Shown here in pieces: positions 24,361 to 39,079 of a stretch of 64,000 bases of DNA. The translations under genes and the position numbers were made by a program. A model generated the notes under the pieces. It ran no database searches. It saw nothing but the letters and a program-made list of their open reading frames with translations, and had not been told where the DNA came from. The DNA is from Octopus sinensis (lineage: Eukaryota). The stretch is from assembly GCF_006345805.1 (NCBI RefSeq), contig NC_042997.1, positions 27,714,001 to 27,778,000 of the forward strand. The letters run 5' to 3'. The number at the start of each line of letters is the position of its first letter. Positions within the stretch are counted from its first letter, which is position 1.

Positions 24361-24418
<58 letters not shown>

Positions 24419-24539
24419 CATAGAATTTAATTAAATTAAAACAGATTGACACATTAATATAATTTTACTTAGAATCTTCAAGAAGTTAAGGAGATAGACA
24501 AAGAAATAACATGCTGCCTTCACTTCAGCGTAGAAGGTA

Positions 24540-24714
24540 CTTCAAGGCTCAAATCTCTACTTCTGAATTTTGCAAAGCATCTTCTGAAAGTTCTTTCGTT
24601 CAAGCATTCTTTCCCATAAACTGAGTGTATGTTTCGAGTCGCTTCAGCTGTAGAGTTTCCATTTTTGTACTCATAAAGCATTGTGTGCCTTAAATGCTCT
24701 TTGGATACTTCCAT
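24540..24714 (-). mobile_element. Mariner 5' fragment (N-terminal HTH)
   Basis: MEVSKEHLRHTMLYEYKNGNSTAEATRNIHSVYGKECLNERTFRRCFAKFRSRD matches the mariner transposase HTH N-terminus. Confidence 0.8.
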
Positions 24715-25304
24715 ATTAGAAAAGGTTTTAATCAAAGAAATTTTAATTCTATTATTCTGTAAAATAATATTTAATTAATTTAAATGTACACAAATGCATA
24801 AAAATAATTTTTAATTCCATTAGACATTCTAAAATACTATTAAATTTCATTCAATCTTAAGAAACGCAAAACGTAAAACCCTAACATTCAATTTACAATG
24901 GAATCTAGCAAAGAACAGCTCCCTTCCTTAGATATTATGATACTCAAAAGTCAACAACCAAAGTGTAACTGACATTTGTCATAAATCAACGGGATCGAAA
25001 CAATATTTTTTTTTTAGCTCATGCCACTCGATACATCAAAGAAATATCCCTTTTAATTTAGCAAAAAGGATTTGCACAATAGTGTCCAAAAATGAACAAC
25101 ATTTCTGAAAACACATTAACCATCAAATGTAAAAAGCAACACAAATCACCGAAACGACTTCTGACAAATGCGATGGTTTACACAAGAACCACGAAACCAA
25201 ATGTTAGCTCGAAAAACACAATACTCTTTCACTTGCAAAGTATATCAAAAATTATATTAAAACTATGTAAACTGTGTGCATTTTCCTTCTTTTACTTTAT
25301 ATAT

Positions 25305-26016
25305 ACGAAGGTGAGTCAAAAAGTAATGTCTTTTTATTTAGGACAGGTATAGTTACCAACACAGGAACATGTATTATACATCAGAATGAAGCTGGTCCTC
25401 TGTGGATCACATCCTTACTTCTCAACATGGTCACCGTTTCTCAAAATAGCTGTTCCACCTTCGAATGAGAACATGTAATGTCTTTTTATTTAGGACAGGT
25501 ATAGTTACCAACACAGGAACATGTATCATACACCAGAATGAAGCTGGTCCTCTGTGGATCACATCCTTACTTCTCAACATGGTCACCGTTTCTCAAAATA
25601 GCTGTTCCACCTTCGAATGAGAGCATGTATCCCTGCCCCGTAAAATTCTATTGACCGTTCTTTGAGCCACATGTTCAATACAGTTTTTACTTCCTTGTCA
25701 CTGGAATAATGTTTGTCCCTCAAACCCACTTTCATGGGGCCGAAGAGATGATAGTCTGAAGGCGCTAAATTGTTCCACTGACGAGGAAGTGCAAAATGTA
25801 GGGAAGAATTGGCTCAAAGAACAGTCGACAGAATTTTACTGGGCAGGGATACATGCTCTCATTCGAAGGTGGAACATTGCTATTGAGAGAAACGGTGATT
25901 ATGTTGAGAAGCAGGGATGTAATCTACAGAGAACCAGCTTCATTTTGATGTATGATACATGTTCCTGTGCTGGTAATTATACCTGTCCTAAACAAAAGGG
26001 CATTACTTTTTGACTC
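25305..26016. mobile_element. Fold-back mariner derivative built from two right ends, with an internal 152-bp tandem duplication
   Basis: Both ends carry gagtcaaaaagtaatg(t/c)c... in inverted orientation over about 200 bp. Both arms encode the transposase C-terminus (WLKEQSTEFYWAGIHALIRRWN on plus; DYHLFGPMK...WLKERSIEFYGAGIHALIRRWN on minus). Direct repeat at 25324-25475 / 25476-25627. Confidence 0.85.
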
Positions 26017-26026
26017 ATATATTATA

Positions 26027-26410
26027 TGGCTGTGTGGTAAGTAGCTTGCTTACCAACCACTTCGTTCCGAGTTCAGTCCCACTGTGTGGCACCTTGGGCA
26101 AGTGTCTTCTACTATAGCCTCGGGCCGACCAAAGCCTTGTGAGTGGATTTGGTTGACGGAAAATGAAAGAAGCCCGTTGCATATATATATATATATATAT
26201 ATATACGTATGTATGTGTGTGTTTATGTGTCTGTGTTTGTCCCCCCACCATCGCTTGACAACCGATGCTGGTGTGTTTACGTCCCCGTAACTTAGCGGTT
26301 CGGCAAAAGAATCCGATAGAATAAGAATAAGTCCTGGGGTCGACTTGTGCGATTAAAGGCGGTGCTCCAGGATGGCCGCAGTCAAATGACTGAAACTAAT
26401 AAAAAATAAG
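26027..26410 (+). mobile_element. SINE family A
   Basis: Head, body and tail match. Confidence 0.9.
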
Positions 26411-26716
26411 AATATGTGTATATATATTTCATATGTATATGTATGTACGTGAATGTGTGCTCAGTTTAGTTTAGCACTAAAACTCTGGTTTTGAACTCTA
26501 TCTGAAAGTATGGTGTTGAAACTGTCTATCGGATGCGGCTAGTAGTGACTTCTTGATCAGGTAGATATAGATTAAAGTAAAATTGAAAAAGCAAAACTTT
26601 TGGCATCACTTGAAAGAGATTCAATTTAGATAGCGAATATATGTTTATATTCTCTATTTAAATCAAATGTCTTTTTCAAGTGATTCCAAGCCATTTGCTT
26701 TTTGATTTTTACTTTA

Positions 26717-26820
<104 letters not shown>

Positions 26821-27067
26821 GTCTGTCTGTATGAATGCATGAGCGAATTTGATAAATAGTCAGACGTACGTACCTACCACATAGATATGTGCTTATATGC
26901 GCATATATATATATATATATAATATAATTAATTTATAAATATATGCATATATACATACATATATGTACATACCTACATCTATATGTATATATACATGCAT
27001 ATATGGGTACAGGATATAAAAAAAAACGTTGAACACAATGAAAAACAAAAACATGGGTATATATATA

Positions 27068-27236
<169 letters not shown>

Positions 27237-28110
27237 ATATGTATATGTGTGTATATGCGTATACAATATACATACGAATACATACTAACATACAAAGAAG
27301 CATACATCCATAAATGCACGCACACAAACACAGATACACATACACCACGTATATATATGTATATAGGCACATAAGTATATAAAGAAAGAGAGAGATGGAG
27401 GGATAGAGAGAGAGGGAGATAGAGATAAATAGAGAAAGAGAAAGCCGGAAAAGGAAAGAGAAAAACAAAGGAGAGAGATTTAACATAACGAAAGTGAAAG
27501 TATTTGCAATATACACGAAACAACGTGTTTAATCATAAGGACGATTATAAGAACTTCTCTGTTAAACGCCTGAATGAGGTTTAGAAAAAGCGAGAAATGT
27601 CTAAAAAAAAATCCTGTGAGTGTTGAATCTCACAGCAAGTAAACAGTGTGATAACGTATAAAATTTTATACCACGTATGATGAAAATATATTTTAAACCT
27701 TCATATTTTGTACTTCACCTGCAAAGCTAAGCGAGCTACGCGTTTCTAGGTTACGATCAATGTTTTGTTTAGTTTCCTATTATTCTGTTTATTTTCCCCT
27801 AATATATTGTGTGTGTGGACTACATGCTGTGAATGCCGTGCAAAGAAACAAACTGTTATCTACTGAATGCTGTGCAGGTGTCTAAGTCCCAACGTCACTG
27901 TTATAAATTACTCTGCATCGCCTTTATCATTTTCCATGACATATATTATTTTGAGTATTGCTTTTTCGTTTCAACCTATACAGATCGTGATTATCTCGAT
28001 TTCTAGATCTTTGAATTTCAATAGTTACGTACGCAGTTTCAGTTAGAAATATATTGTCGTCTGTTCCGAATGATGCGTCAATTATTTTCTCGATGGTTTT
28101 AGGCAACCAT

Positions 28111-28160
<50 letters not shown>

Positions 28161-28291
28161 ATACTACTACTGCTGCTGCTGCTGCTACTACAACTATTAC
28201 TGTAGCAGCAGCTGCTGCTGCTGCTGATACTACTACTACTACTACTACACTACTATTACTACTACTAATACTAATACTACTACTACTGTTG

Positions 28292-28374
<83 letters not shown>

Positions 28375-29909
28375 ACTGCCGCCGCTGCCGCCACCAGCAC
28401 CAGCATCACTACTCAGTCACAGCTTACGAAGATGTGTTTTGCAAGTCTCTCTCGGAAGGGAGTACTTTACTAGATGAAATAGAATTTTAAGCCAAAATAC
28501 TCGCACACCGATAGCTTCAAATAGTTTAGAGTTTCCTTTTACAAGGAATGGAAAAAGAAAGTGGCTTGGGTTTTACATTTTGTTAAAATTTAATGTTTTC
28601 CTCTCGCGCTGCGAACATTTCACGTCACATCAGAGACAGAAAACCGAAAATGTACAAAATAATTCATTTCATACCGAGAAAACAAGCAAAAATAGAAAAC
28701 AAAGTTGACCTCAACGAAATTTGAACTCCGAATACCTTTGTTGTACCCATTTCAGTTATGTTCTACTTCAAATAACAACTTGTATGAGAGAATTAGAAGC
28801 ATTTAATACCTTCTATATAAATCTTTTTTCTGCTGTTCATATCTGTTCTTACTCTGTTTTCAAAACTTGCAGACAATTCTTGCTGAACTCAGTAAACAGA
28901 TTTTTGTCACTGTACTCTCAACGATATTAAGGCCAACTTATCCAAGTTTTACGCTCAAATTCTTTGTTGCAGTAGTCAGTGATAATTGGGTGCATTATGA
29001 TTTTGTTAATTTCTTTTTTTCCAGCATTGCAGTATTTAATTCTACAAGTCGGTGTAATACTTGACTTATCCTTTTTCCTTTTCCACTCTCCCGCTTGTTT
29101 AAGCATGCATCATTGATTTGCATACGAAAACTTTGGGTTGATGAATGTTCAGTTGGCTAAGCATATCCCAGAAGACTGTGGTCAATTCGCTGTTATGCAC
29201 CATATTTTGGTGGTAACCTTAATCCGCCACCTGATTTAGAAGTACAGCCTAGCACTTCCGATGTCGTTACGGAGTCCCCAATTTTTCAACCATCAGTCAA
29301 AGTTCCCGGTTTGAGGAAACCTTTTACCTACCCTTTCGCTGGTGTTGGAGGACTTGTACAGGGTCGTGAGCATTGTTTTTTCTTCTAAGAAAAAATCTAA
29401 TTGTTTCATGTTTATACCACGGTTTATACCATTTTCATCTCATAGATTCGGCATATTACCAAATGTTCATAGATGCTGACTATGAATAACAATGAATATA
29501 CTCGAAATGGGCAAGAAATGGATATCCGGAAATGATGTGATCAGTTGTATAATTATGCTGATTGCGCACTCTGGTATTTTGCATCTAAATTTAGACTTTC
29601 TCTTTGTGTTTCTTGTTCAGAGATTCTGAGTCGTTGTTTTTTTTTGTTGCGTTTTGCTTGAACAAATTTTATTATTAGTTTCATTAGCATTTTTTTTTCA
29701 ATTCTGTCTTCATTTCTCGCTGACTGTCTTTCTGACATCTAGGACAGAGAAACTTACTGTATACATTGGTAGGCTATTAAAACAAACACACCAGATTGTT
29801 CATTTACAAAGTCATGTGATAGAGAAAAGGGGGAAGAAAGAGAGAGAAAGGAAAAAATAGAAATTAGAGAAGTAAACAAATAAAATAAAGGGGGAAAAGG
29901 AAAGAAAAT

Positions 29910-30270
29910 TCACAGCGACAATGCTCTTCTCAATACGTGGGACGTACCAATTAAGACAATCTTTTGCACCTCCTGTATAGATAGGGAAAGCCAAGGATCA
30001 TTCTTAAAATTAATGTTCAGTTTCTTTTTTTTGACCATTCCAAGTGCTCTTACAATCACTGGTATTGTAACTGTCTTGAGATGCCACATCTTTTCGATTT
30101 CGATTAGCAAATCTTTATATTTTCCGAGCTTATCAATTTTTTTTGCCTGGATATCATGGTCACAGGGTATGCTCGTGTCAATCAATAAACAGACTTTATT
30201 GCTTTTGTCTTTCACAGCAATATCTAGTTTATTTGCCTTGACGGTCCAGTATGTACATACTGGGAAGTCT
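29910..30270 (-). mobile_element. R4/Dong-type LINE 3' end
   Basis: VCLLIDTSIPCDHDIQAKKIDKLGKYKDLLIEIEKMWHLKTVTIPVIVRALG...VQKIVLIGTSHVLRRAL. Confidence 0.85.
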
Positions 30271-30272
30271 CT

Positions 30273-30304
<32 letters not shown>

Positions 30305-30309
30305 TATTA

Positions 30310-30660
30310 AGCAGCGAGCTGGCAGAAACGTTAGCACGCCGGGCGAAAAGCGTAGCCGTATTTCGTCCGTATTACGTTGCGAGTTCAAATTCCGCCGAGG
30401 TCGTCTTTGCCTTTCATCCTTTCGGGATCGATAAATTAAGTACCAGTTACGTACTGGGGTCGATGTAATCGACTTAATAGTTATGTCTATCCTTGTTTGT
30501 CCCCTCTATGTTTAGCCCCTTGTGGGTAATAAAGAAATAGGTATTTCGCCCGTCGTTGCGTTCTGATTTCAAATTCCGCTGAGGTGGACTTTGCCGTTCA
30601 TCCTTTCGGGATTGATAAAGTAAGTATCAATGAAACACTGGAGTCGACGTAATCGACTAG
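30310..30660 (+). mobile_element. tRNA-derived SINE family B, two units
   Basis: gagctggcagaaacgttagcacgccgggcg...gagttcaaattccgccgagg...tttcatcctttcgggatcgataaattaagtacc. Confidence 0.85.
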
Positions 30661-31229
30661 CACCCCCCCCCCCACATTTTTTACCAAGGGGTTAATGTAA
30701 ATTGAGACAAATTTGATGCTGGCATTGCTGCAATATAATCGTTACTTTCCATTCTCTGATGACATAAGCTGCATTTGTTCGCTGAAGTAGTGGAATAAGT
30801 ATCCTTACTGAATTAGAGCATAGAACATGATCTTGAGCAACCAACTATATTCACTTCGCTTCTCTCTTTAAATCTGCACCCTGAGCCACTTTCACTTTGA
30901 GTGTTGTTTTTTCCATATTGTTGGTGTCTGCCCATGTATCTTGATTTCTTTTCGTACCTCCCACATTTCAAACTGATCCTCCTTTGTTATACTTTCAAGT
31001 TTAACACAAGTAAGACCCAGTTCTATTACAGCTATTGCTAGTGTTATGGCTGTTGTTATTGAGTTAAAATTACACACATTATACTCTGTAGAAGTCTTGC
31101 TTTTCTTTGTTTTATAGGTCTGTTTGCTAATATAGGTTCTTCGAAGGAGAATTGTTATCTAGACTTCACTCTGGAAGATTTTTCCAGACAGTTCTTCAAT
31201 TCATTCCGCCCAACTAGTTTACACCGGTC

Positions 31230-32500
31230 AGTGCTCCGATATTGACAGAGAATACTTTTATGCCCATATCTCGCATTCTATCTATAACATTCTTCCGGTT
31301 TCTACACAGAAAGTATTCCAATTATCTCTACAAATAAATAATTTATAGACATCTTAATGAAATAGCTCATTATGTGTAATGAAACTGGATCACCCATTTT
31401 GCTTTATTGGTGTCGACCGTTAAGCGCGAATTTCCTTGTCTGCATGTGGATGCATTTTCTAGAGACCTACGCTATTTCCACTTTCAAACAGCCATTGGAT
31501 GTCATATAATTTTTTCCCAATGCAGTTGATGATTTATTTCCTTGCATATTCTTCAATAAAGATGGGTAGAAGTCTTGCCGTCTTCCAATATATTCTTATA
31601 CGACTGTAAGCAAGCCAGAAATTCGACGCCCTGACTTCAAATTCCGTTTTAGAATAAGGCTCTGGCAATATTTTGTTGGGAAGCACTGCGAATCCGTTTT
31701 CATCAAATATAAGATCTCGTGTTTCAGCTGCGACCTTTGAAGCCGAATAGAGTGGCTTTAATGTTTAAAGCAATCTGATTTTTCTAAAAGCTTTGAGAAT
31801 TCTTTGGACTCCAGCTATTAGTGCCTTATCTCTTACAAATTCCTTTGATATTCAGATGATTTCATTATCAGTAATTTCATCGACTTAGTCAATCTCAACC
31901 TTTTGAAGTGGTCCTGACGCAGTTCTGAAAATCAAATTCCATCCTGACATCCCCGCAGGAATCCTTTACCCTTCGTAGCAATGGTAACAGGCGTTATCAG
32001 AAGTATACTCTTAAAACAGAATGTAAGTCGTAAAATATTTTGCAGCTGTATTTCGGCGTTGGCATGTCACTTGGTGTCATCATCATAGAGCAAAAGGCTG
32101 AAATTGGTTAACCCCGCAATCTTGAAGCCCGTTTCTATATAGTTCACGGTTGCAGGCAATGTGGTATAAGCCAGAAAAACAGAATTAGTGAGAGTGAATC
32201 TCCTCGATGTATTTCTGTATTTCTATTTACAGATCCCCATTTTTTCATGAAGCCATGAATACAGAACACCATCACACCTCTTTTTTGAGGTAAACACATG
32301 CAATATATTAGCCTTAATCTATAAACATTGCTCAGTTTATCAAAAAAGTTTTCCAGAAAATATATTTCATCAAAAACTATTATAAGTTCGTTAGGAGAAA
32401 GAACATTTTTGTAAAAGTTAATATTACTACAGAAGGTCTTGTAGATATAAAAAGCATGCGACTGAACTGCAGATTTTAAGATCATTTGTGTTTAATTGTT
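31230..32500 (-). mobile_element. Highly degraded LINE (RT region, probably R4/Dong-type)
   Basis: IHRGDSLSLILF resembles GIFQGDSLSPLLF; HPHADK motif further downstream. Confidence 0.5.
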
Positions 32501-33829
32501 TTACTTTGCTTCAGAAAACACTGGTTGGTATCGTCGTTTAATCCTAGGTCACACGGATTCAGTTATGATCAAATAAATTCCAGGCGTGACCAACCCATTA
32601 TTTGTATATCTTTGACGAAATTATTCAGTCTCTCCATTTGGTGTGATTTGCTGGGATTTTAGCTGTTATTTCTTGCAGACCGAATGACAACGTAAATGTT
32701 CCCTCAATGACTCAAAATTTTCCTTCATTAGCTTACTACACATGCTGTGGTTTGTATTATGATGTTTAATGCTGCTTTTCTATTTCATTTATTTGCTCTG
32801 TAATTATTTCTAATCCACGGTTAGCTTACTTTTCACATTTTATTTGGTTATTCTAGTTTGTCCTCAGTTTATATTAATTTTATCTCTTTAATCGACTTGT
32901 TTTAAATTTCATCCGTTGGGTTTTCCAAATCGCTGATTCTTTCATTTGTGTTAGCATTAAACGTTGTTTCGTATTATTAAGACGTGGATGTGTTAGATAT
33001 GGACTTCTGTGTGACGTGTTTACTGTTATGGTGTGCTGCCATTGTGTATCTACCGTGTCCTGTTATAGAGTGGTTTGTGTCGTATTAGTCACTTAACTAT
33101 AGTATGATTGTTTCTATGTTATCTTTTCAGCTATGGCTACGTGGTTGTATATTTGTGAATATCTCTTCTTTTGATAATTTTATGTTATTCGTATTAGCAA
33201 AACTGTGCCTGAAAGACTAGGCTTTCTCTTCAGAGATTGAAGATATTTAGCGTTGATAATTTCTTTAGCTTCCCGAAAGCTCAAGAGAGAAACATATTGG
33301 GCGATGATATTACTAAACAAATACATTCTGTTGATTGGTAAGAACTAAATCAGTGATGCAGCAGTAATGAAAATTACCAATGCATTAATTCGATACTGAA
33401 ACAAGCGACAGTGTAGCTCATGTATAGAACTCACTACATAGCCAAGAGACATACGTATATAAGTTCAAGTTTCCAACATGATAATTATGTATACAACAAT
33501 TTTGATAGCTCCAGTAGTATCCCAAATCCTAACATTCCTCTTAACTGAATCTTAAAAAAGAGACTAATAGTTACTCTAGCAAAAATGTCTCCTTATCTTC
33601 TTAAAATGATTATCTTCCGACATTACTTACCTCAGAATACCTCCGACCATTAGCAGTACTGTCTTTCGTTCAGTATTCAGGACATTTATTTTCTCTCTCT
33701 CTCTCACTCACTCATACATACATACATACATACATACATACATACATACATACATACATACACATATACACTCACGCACACGCATTCACACACAGTCACG
33801 CACACACACATATGCACATACACACATGT

Positions 33830-33865
<36 letters not shown>

Positions 33866-34386
33866 TTATAGAATTGTGACTACACACATTCACAAATACA
33901 GCTTCTATATGTATACAAATGAGCTAATAAGCGTGCTAATCGATACGGAAGGAATGGCATCGAAATACACCTCCAGCAACCCACCGATAAAGTTTTAAAT
34001 CAGGGAAGGGTACATACGACAATGATAGAGAGAGAGAGAGAGGGGAGAGAGGAGAGAGAGAGAGTTGGATAGATACGTGCATAGACAGATAGGTATAAAT
34101 ACAGACATAATACACACACATATATGTATATATATTTATCTACATGCATACATGCGTATGTAGATTCATGCATGCATTCATACAAAAAGTTAGCTTACAT
34201 TCATGCACACATGCATAAATATATATACATATATAAACACGTGTATTGATTCCTCCATTTCTTTCGATCACATTCCTGCACACTTGGAATTGAAAATTAC
34301 TCTTCACTGTTGGTTATTGTAATGAAAAATAACTTCTCTTCATAAATTATATCCATCCATCCATCCATCCATCCATCCATCCATCC

Positions 34387-34440
<54 letters not shown>

Positions 34441-34586
34441 ATTGTTTTTTCTATGTTTCTGACGAAGAGCTCCGCTCGAAACGTTTGATCCTTCTTTCTT
34501 TCCTTTCCCGAGTGTCCAATAACACTATACTTGTTCGACGTCCTCGCGTTGTAGTGTTTTCTCTTTGTGTTTTCATGTTTGGATTA

Positions 34587-34590
<4 letters not shown>
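34441..34590 (+). mobile_element. Short hammerhead-bearing repeat, family P1
   Basis: ctgacgaagagctccgctcgaaacgtt...gagtgtccaataacacta...catgtttggattaact. Flanked by (TA)n/(TG)n. Confidence 0.8.
34455..34490 (+). ncRNA. Minimal PLE-type hammerhead motif, stem I broken
   Basis: CTGACGA 34459-34465; gagc/gctc; GAAACGTT 34478-34485; the 3' side of stem I does not pair. Confidence 0.5.
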
Positions 34591-34654
<64 letters not shown>

Positions 34655-34695
34655 CATAAGCACAAATGCTCCAACGGATGTAAATGGACAGCCAG

Positions 34696-34734
34696 CTAGA
34701 CAGCGTTTCGGCGTACCTTCCACCTCCTCAGTAG
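34696..34734 (-). ncRNA. Compact type I hammerhead motif, GUC triplet, short stem I
   Basis: Minus strand cta-CTGAGGA-ggtg-gaaggta-cgcc-GAAA-cgctg-TC-tag. Only 3 bp of stem I. Confidence 0.7.
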
Positions 34735-35654
34735 TAGACACAACTGGGTTTTGGGAACTAGTAGATGATGATTCTTCTATCAGTAGAAATCAACTAAGTT
34801 TACACTGAAGCGTGAGGTAACTTGCCAAGAAGCGATACAGGACGATGAAATAAGTAAATGACAGGAATAAGTACAGGGGATGGAATTATCTACTAAGAGC
34901 ACTTCAAAGCCGTGCTCCACTATGACTGGAGTGGAATGATTGAAAATAGTCAAAGAGTATACTCTCTCAATAAACATATCTTGTATTTTTAGATTTTGAA
35001 TTTATGAAAAGTTCTTAACGGCTGAATATTTTGCCAGTTGTCTGACGACGTCGTCTTTCGTCGGGATTAAGTTTTACATTTATTGAAAAGATAAAACATT
35101 TACATACACAACTAAAGTGCATGTGAATCTTATATATATATATGTATATATGTATATATATTCATATATATATATACATATATCTATATCTATATCTATA
35201 TATACATACATAGACTTACAGACATACATACTTACATACACATACATACTTATATACATACATAAATTTATGTAGTACATATTACACATATTATTGGATT
35301 ACTGGTAATTTTCAAATATAAATGCACAGACGGGCGCAAACATATATATATATGCATAGTTGCACATGTGCATTTAAACCCCAATATATATACAGGCACA
35401 TACTCATGCATTCACAAGCACCCTTTCAAAGCACATGTACATGGGCAGTTAAGCATGTATATAAATGTATACAAATGTATGTGTGCGTGCATGTGTGTGC
35501 ATGTGTGTGTGTGTGTATGTATATACGGAAACACACACATGCACATATATGTATCTATGTATGTATTTAGCTTTCGGTACGGAGACAACACTCTACCGCG
35601 TAATACGTGTGTATAAGAGGATCGATATGTTAAAAATGGCCGAACAAGAGTAAA

Positions 35655-36625
35655 GCAGAAGAAAAAGTAAGAAGCCCATCAACTTTCACCACTGACGGGA
35701 AGATTCAACAAGGTTAAGTAATGATTATAGCGAAGAGACGAGTCACCGTCGGTGAGGTGGTAAGTTCTCTGCAAATTAGCTATGATGCTGATTACGAAAA
35801 CGTCCACGACAAGCTTCGCTTCGGCACAGACTGTGCGAGATGTGTGCTATGAGATTTTACCGTAGCGCATAAGGGCAATTATGTGGAAATTTGTCAATGC
35901 TTACTTGACCGATATAACGATGAAAACAAAGCTTTGCTCTAGAGAATAGTTACAGGATGTAAGACCTAGGGTCATCACGTTGAGCCAGAATTCAAAAGAC
36001 AGAGAATGGAGTGGAAACACTCGGAATCATCAACGAAAATGCAATTCAAATCTCAAACTTCCACTGAAGTAATGATGCTAACCCTTTTATGAGACGCAAA
36101 AGGAGCTACTCTGGAACATTATCTAGAAAAAGGTTTGGGGGGTTACAATCACCAGTGTAGGCTACAGCGAAATACTGGCCAACAAACTTTGAAATCAGCC
36201 TTTCGCACCAAATCCCGAGTTCTATTGTCAAAACAAGCGCTATTGTTGCATAAAAACGAACAGCAACATACGGCCGTCCACATAGTCGAAATCATTGAAA
36301 AATTGAGTTTAGTGTTGCTGGAACACATTGCAGACAGTCCACATTTCGCTCCTTTCGACTGTTACCGCTTTGGATCATTCAAACATCCTTTACAAAGTCG
36401 TCGATTTGCTACGGACGAAGTACTGGAAGCGGTGCATAAACGGCTTCAGTGTCAGCCGAAAACTTTCTTCTCCGATGAAATAAACAAGCTTGTGGACCAC
36501 TAGAATAAGTGCCTCGAAAGGCAAGGAGACGATATCGAAAAATGATGTAATTGCGCAGTTCCCTATTTTCGTTTTAATAAATTACAGAAACAAGTGTGTG
36601 TGTAATGTTTGACTTATGCTCTCGA
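35655..36625 (+). mobile_element. Degenerate mariner remnant (second family)
   Basis: Translated pieces resemble mariner (VLLLHKNEQQHTA, ADSPHFAPFDCYRFGSFK, NKCLERQGDDIEK). Shares DNA motifs with 61764-62680. Confidence 0.75.
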
Positions 36626-37492
36626 ATGTTGATCATGAAATTAGTAGTCTCAAAGAAAATCAAATAGAAGACTTAGAGCGTGTGATGGTGTAGGCGCATT
36701 TACGGAGGGAGACATATTAGAAAGGGAGATATACAGAGAAAGAGGCAAGTGGGAGTAAAATGGCTATAAATATAGAAAAATAGGTGTTTGTAAGTCGGTA
36801 TGCGGTAGAGTTAGGAATGAATCAAATAAACAGAAAGGAAGTAGAGGAGAAAATAGAGAAATAACAGCCATACATTCTGGTCATTAATTCTATCCCCATA
36901 CCTTTTCTTGACTTGTTTATTCCTTATCTTTCCACTTCTCCTCACACACACACACGCGCACGCGCACATATACAGTCAGGCAGACAGACTGACAGAGAGA
37001 CAGACACAAACATACCACACACAAACGCACACACCCATAAACATACGTGTTTCTCCTTTTCTTACATCCTTTCTCTTTCTATAAATACACTTCTGTCATC
37101 ACACAGACTTCTATTCGTTCCTATCTACAAACGTATTTTAATGTAGATACGTCTCCTTTGAAAATTTAGGAAAAAGAAATTCCCTTGGATTCGTGAAGCC
37201 GAACAAATAATGAATTTCAAATAGCTCTATAATCTTTCACTCTATATTGCATTACACAACCTATCCTGCTATTGAAATTCAGAAAACCGAAAGAAACTGC
37301 AATTTTGCTAAGGTTGTATCTACAGAAATTAATACTGCAATTTGTCACGAATCAATCATACACACACACACACGCACACACAAACTCACACAAACACACA
37401 CAAACATACATGCATACATAGATGCATAAACACACACACACATATATATATATATATACATATGTATACATACATACATACATACATACATA

Positions 37493-38018
<526 letters not shown>

Positions 38019-39079
38019 TGTGTGTGGCTTTGTATCTGTGTTTGTTTCCCCACCAACACTTGCAACAGGTGCTTGTGAGATTATGTCCCTGTAACTTAGC
38101 GGTTCGACAAATGAAACCGATAGAATAAGTACCAAGATTTAAAAAGAAAAGTACTGGGATCGATTTATTCAACTAAAAATTTAAGACAGTGCCCCAGCAT
38201 GGTCGCAGTCTAATGAGTGAAACAAGTAAAAGATAAAAGAAATATAATTGAAGGTACAGTGGTGACTGTGATAAGAAGCTTGTTGCCGGTCACATGGTCT
38301 AGGGTTCTGTGCCAGTGCATGACAACTTGGGCAAGTGTCTTCCACTATAGCAACGGTATATATATGTGTGTATGTGTTGTGTGTGTGTATGCGTCATTCC
38401 GCTATTTGTCCTCCATGACCACTTGAGAAGTGGTGTTCGTTTGTTTACATCCCCTTAATTTGGCGGTTCGGCAATAGGTAGGTTGTTTAAGGGATTTAAT
38501 GGCGGGTTCCGTCCCAACTCACACAGATGCTTTTCTCTAGCCAGCAAATGCAAAATCAAAGTGTACAATGTACTTTGTGACTATATTCCCCCAACACGCA
38601 CTTATATACACATAGTAATAGATAATATAATATACTTTGTGACTATTTATCACACACACACACACACACACATACACGCCCGCACGCACACACACACAAA
38701 CGCACGTCCCCACGCACACACACACACACGCACACAAAGAGTAATAGATATGTACGATCCAGCGATCCAAGAGTAGTTATCAAGGTTCGAGCATTTATGT
38801 GGCTAGTACAGATGATAAAAAGTGGGCAAGTGCGATAAAACAGGTTTATTAGCATCGTAGATTACATATTTCGTCCCATATCGAAATTAAAAGAGATTTC
38901 AATATGCTGATAGTCACCCTACAACTCATAGTTTAGCAATTAAATTTGTTAAAAATGCGAATAAAAATCGCTAAAAGCAAGGAGTGGACTACGAACGTTT
39001 CCCCTGCTAATCTCCATTCGACAATGTAAACAACGTACAGGTAACAAGGCCTGAAGATTAGCTAACCTTGTCTTTATTA

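Noticed and set aside
33205-33240. Minus-strand CTGAAGA followed by a 5-bp stem
   Set aside because: No GAAA or stem III follows.
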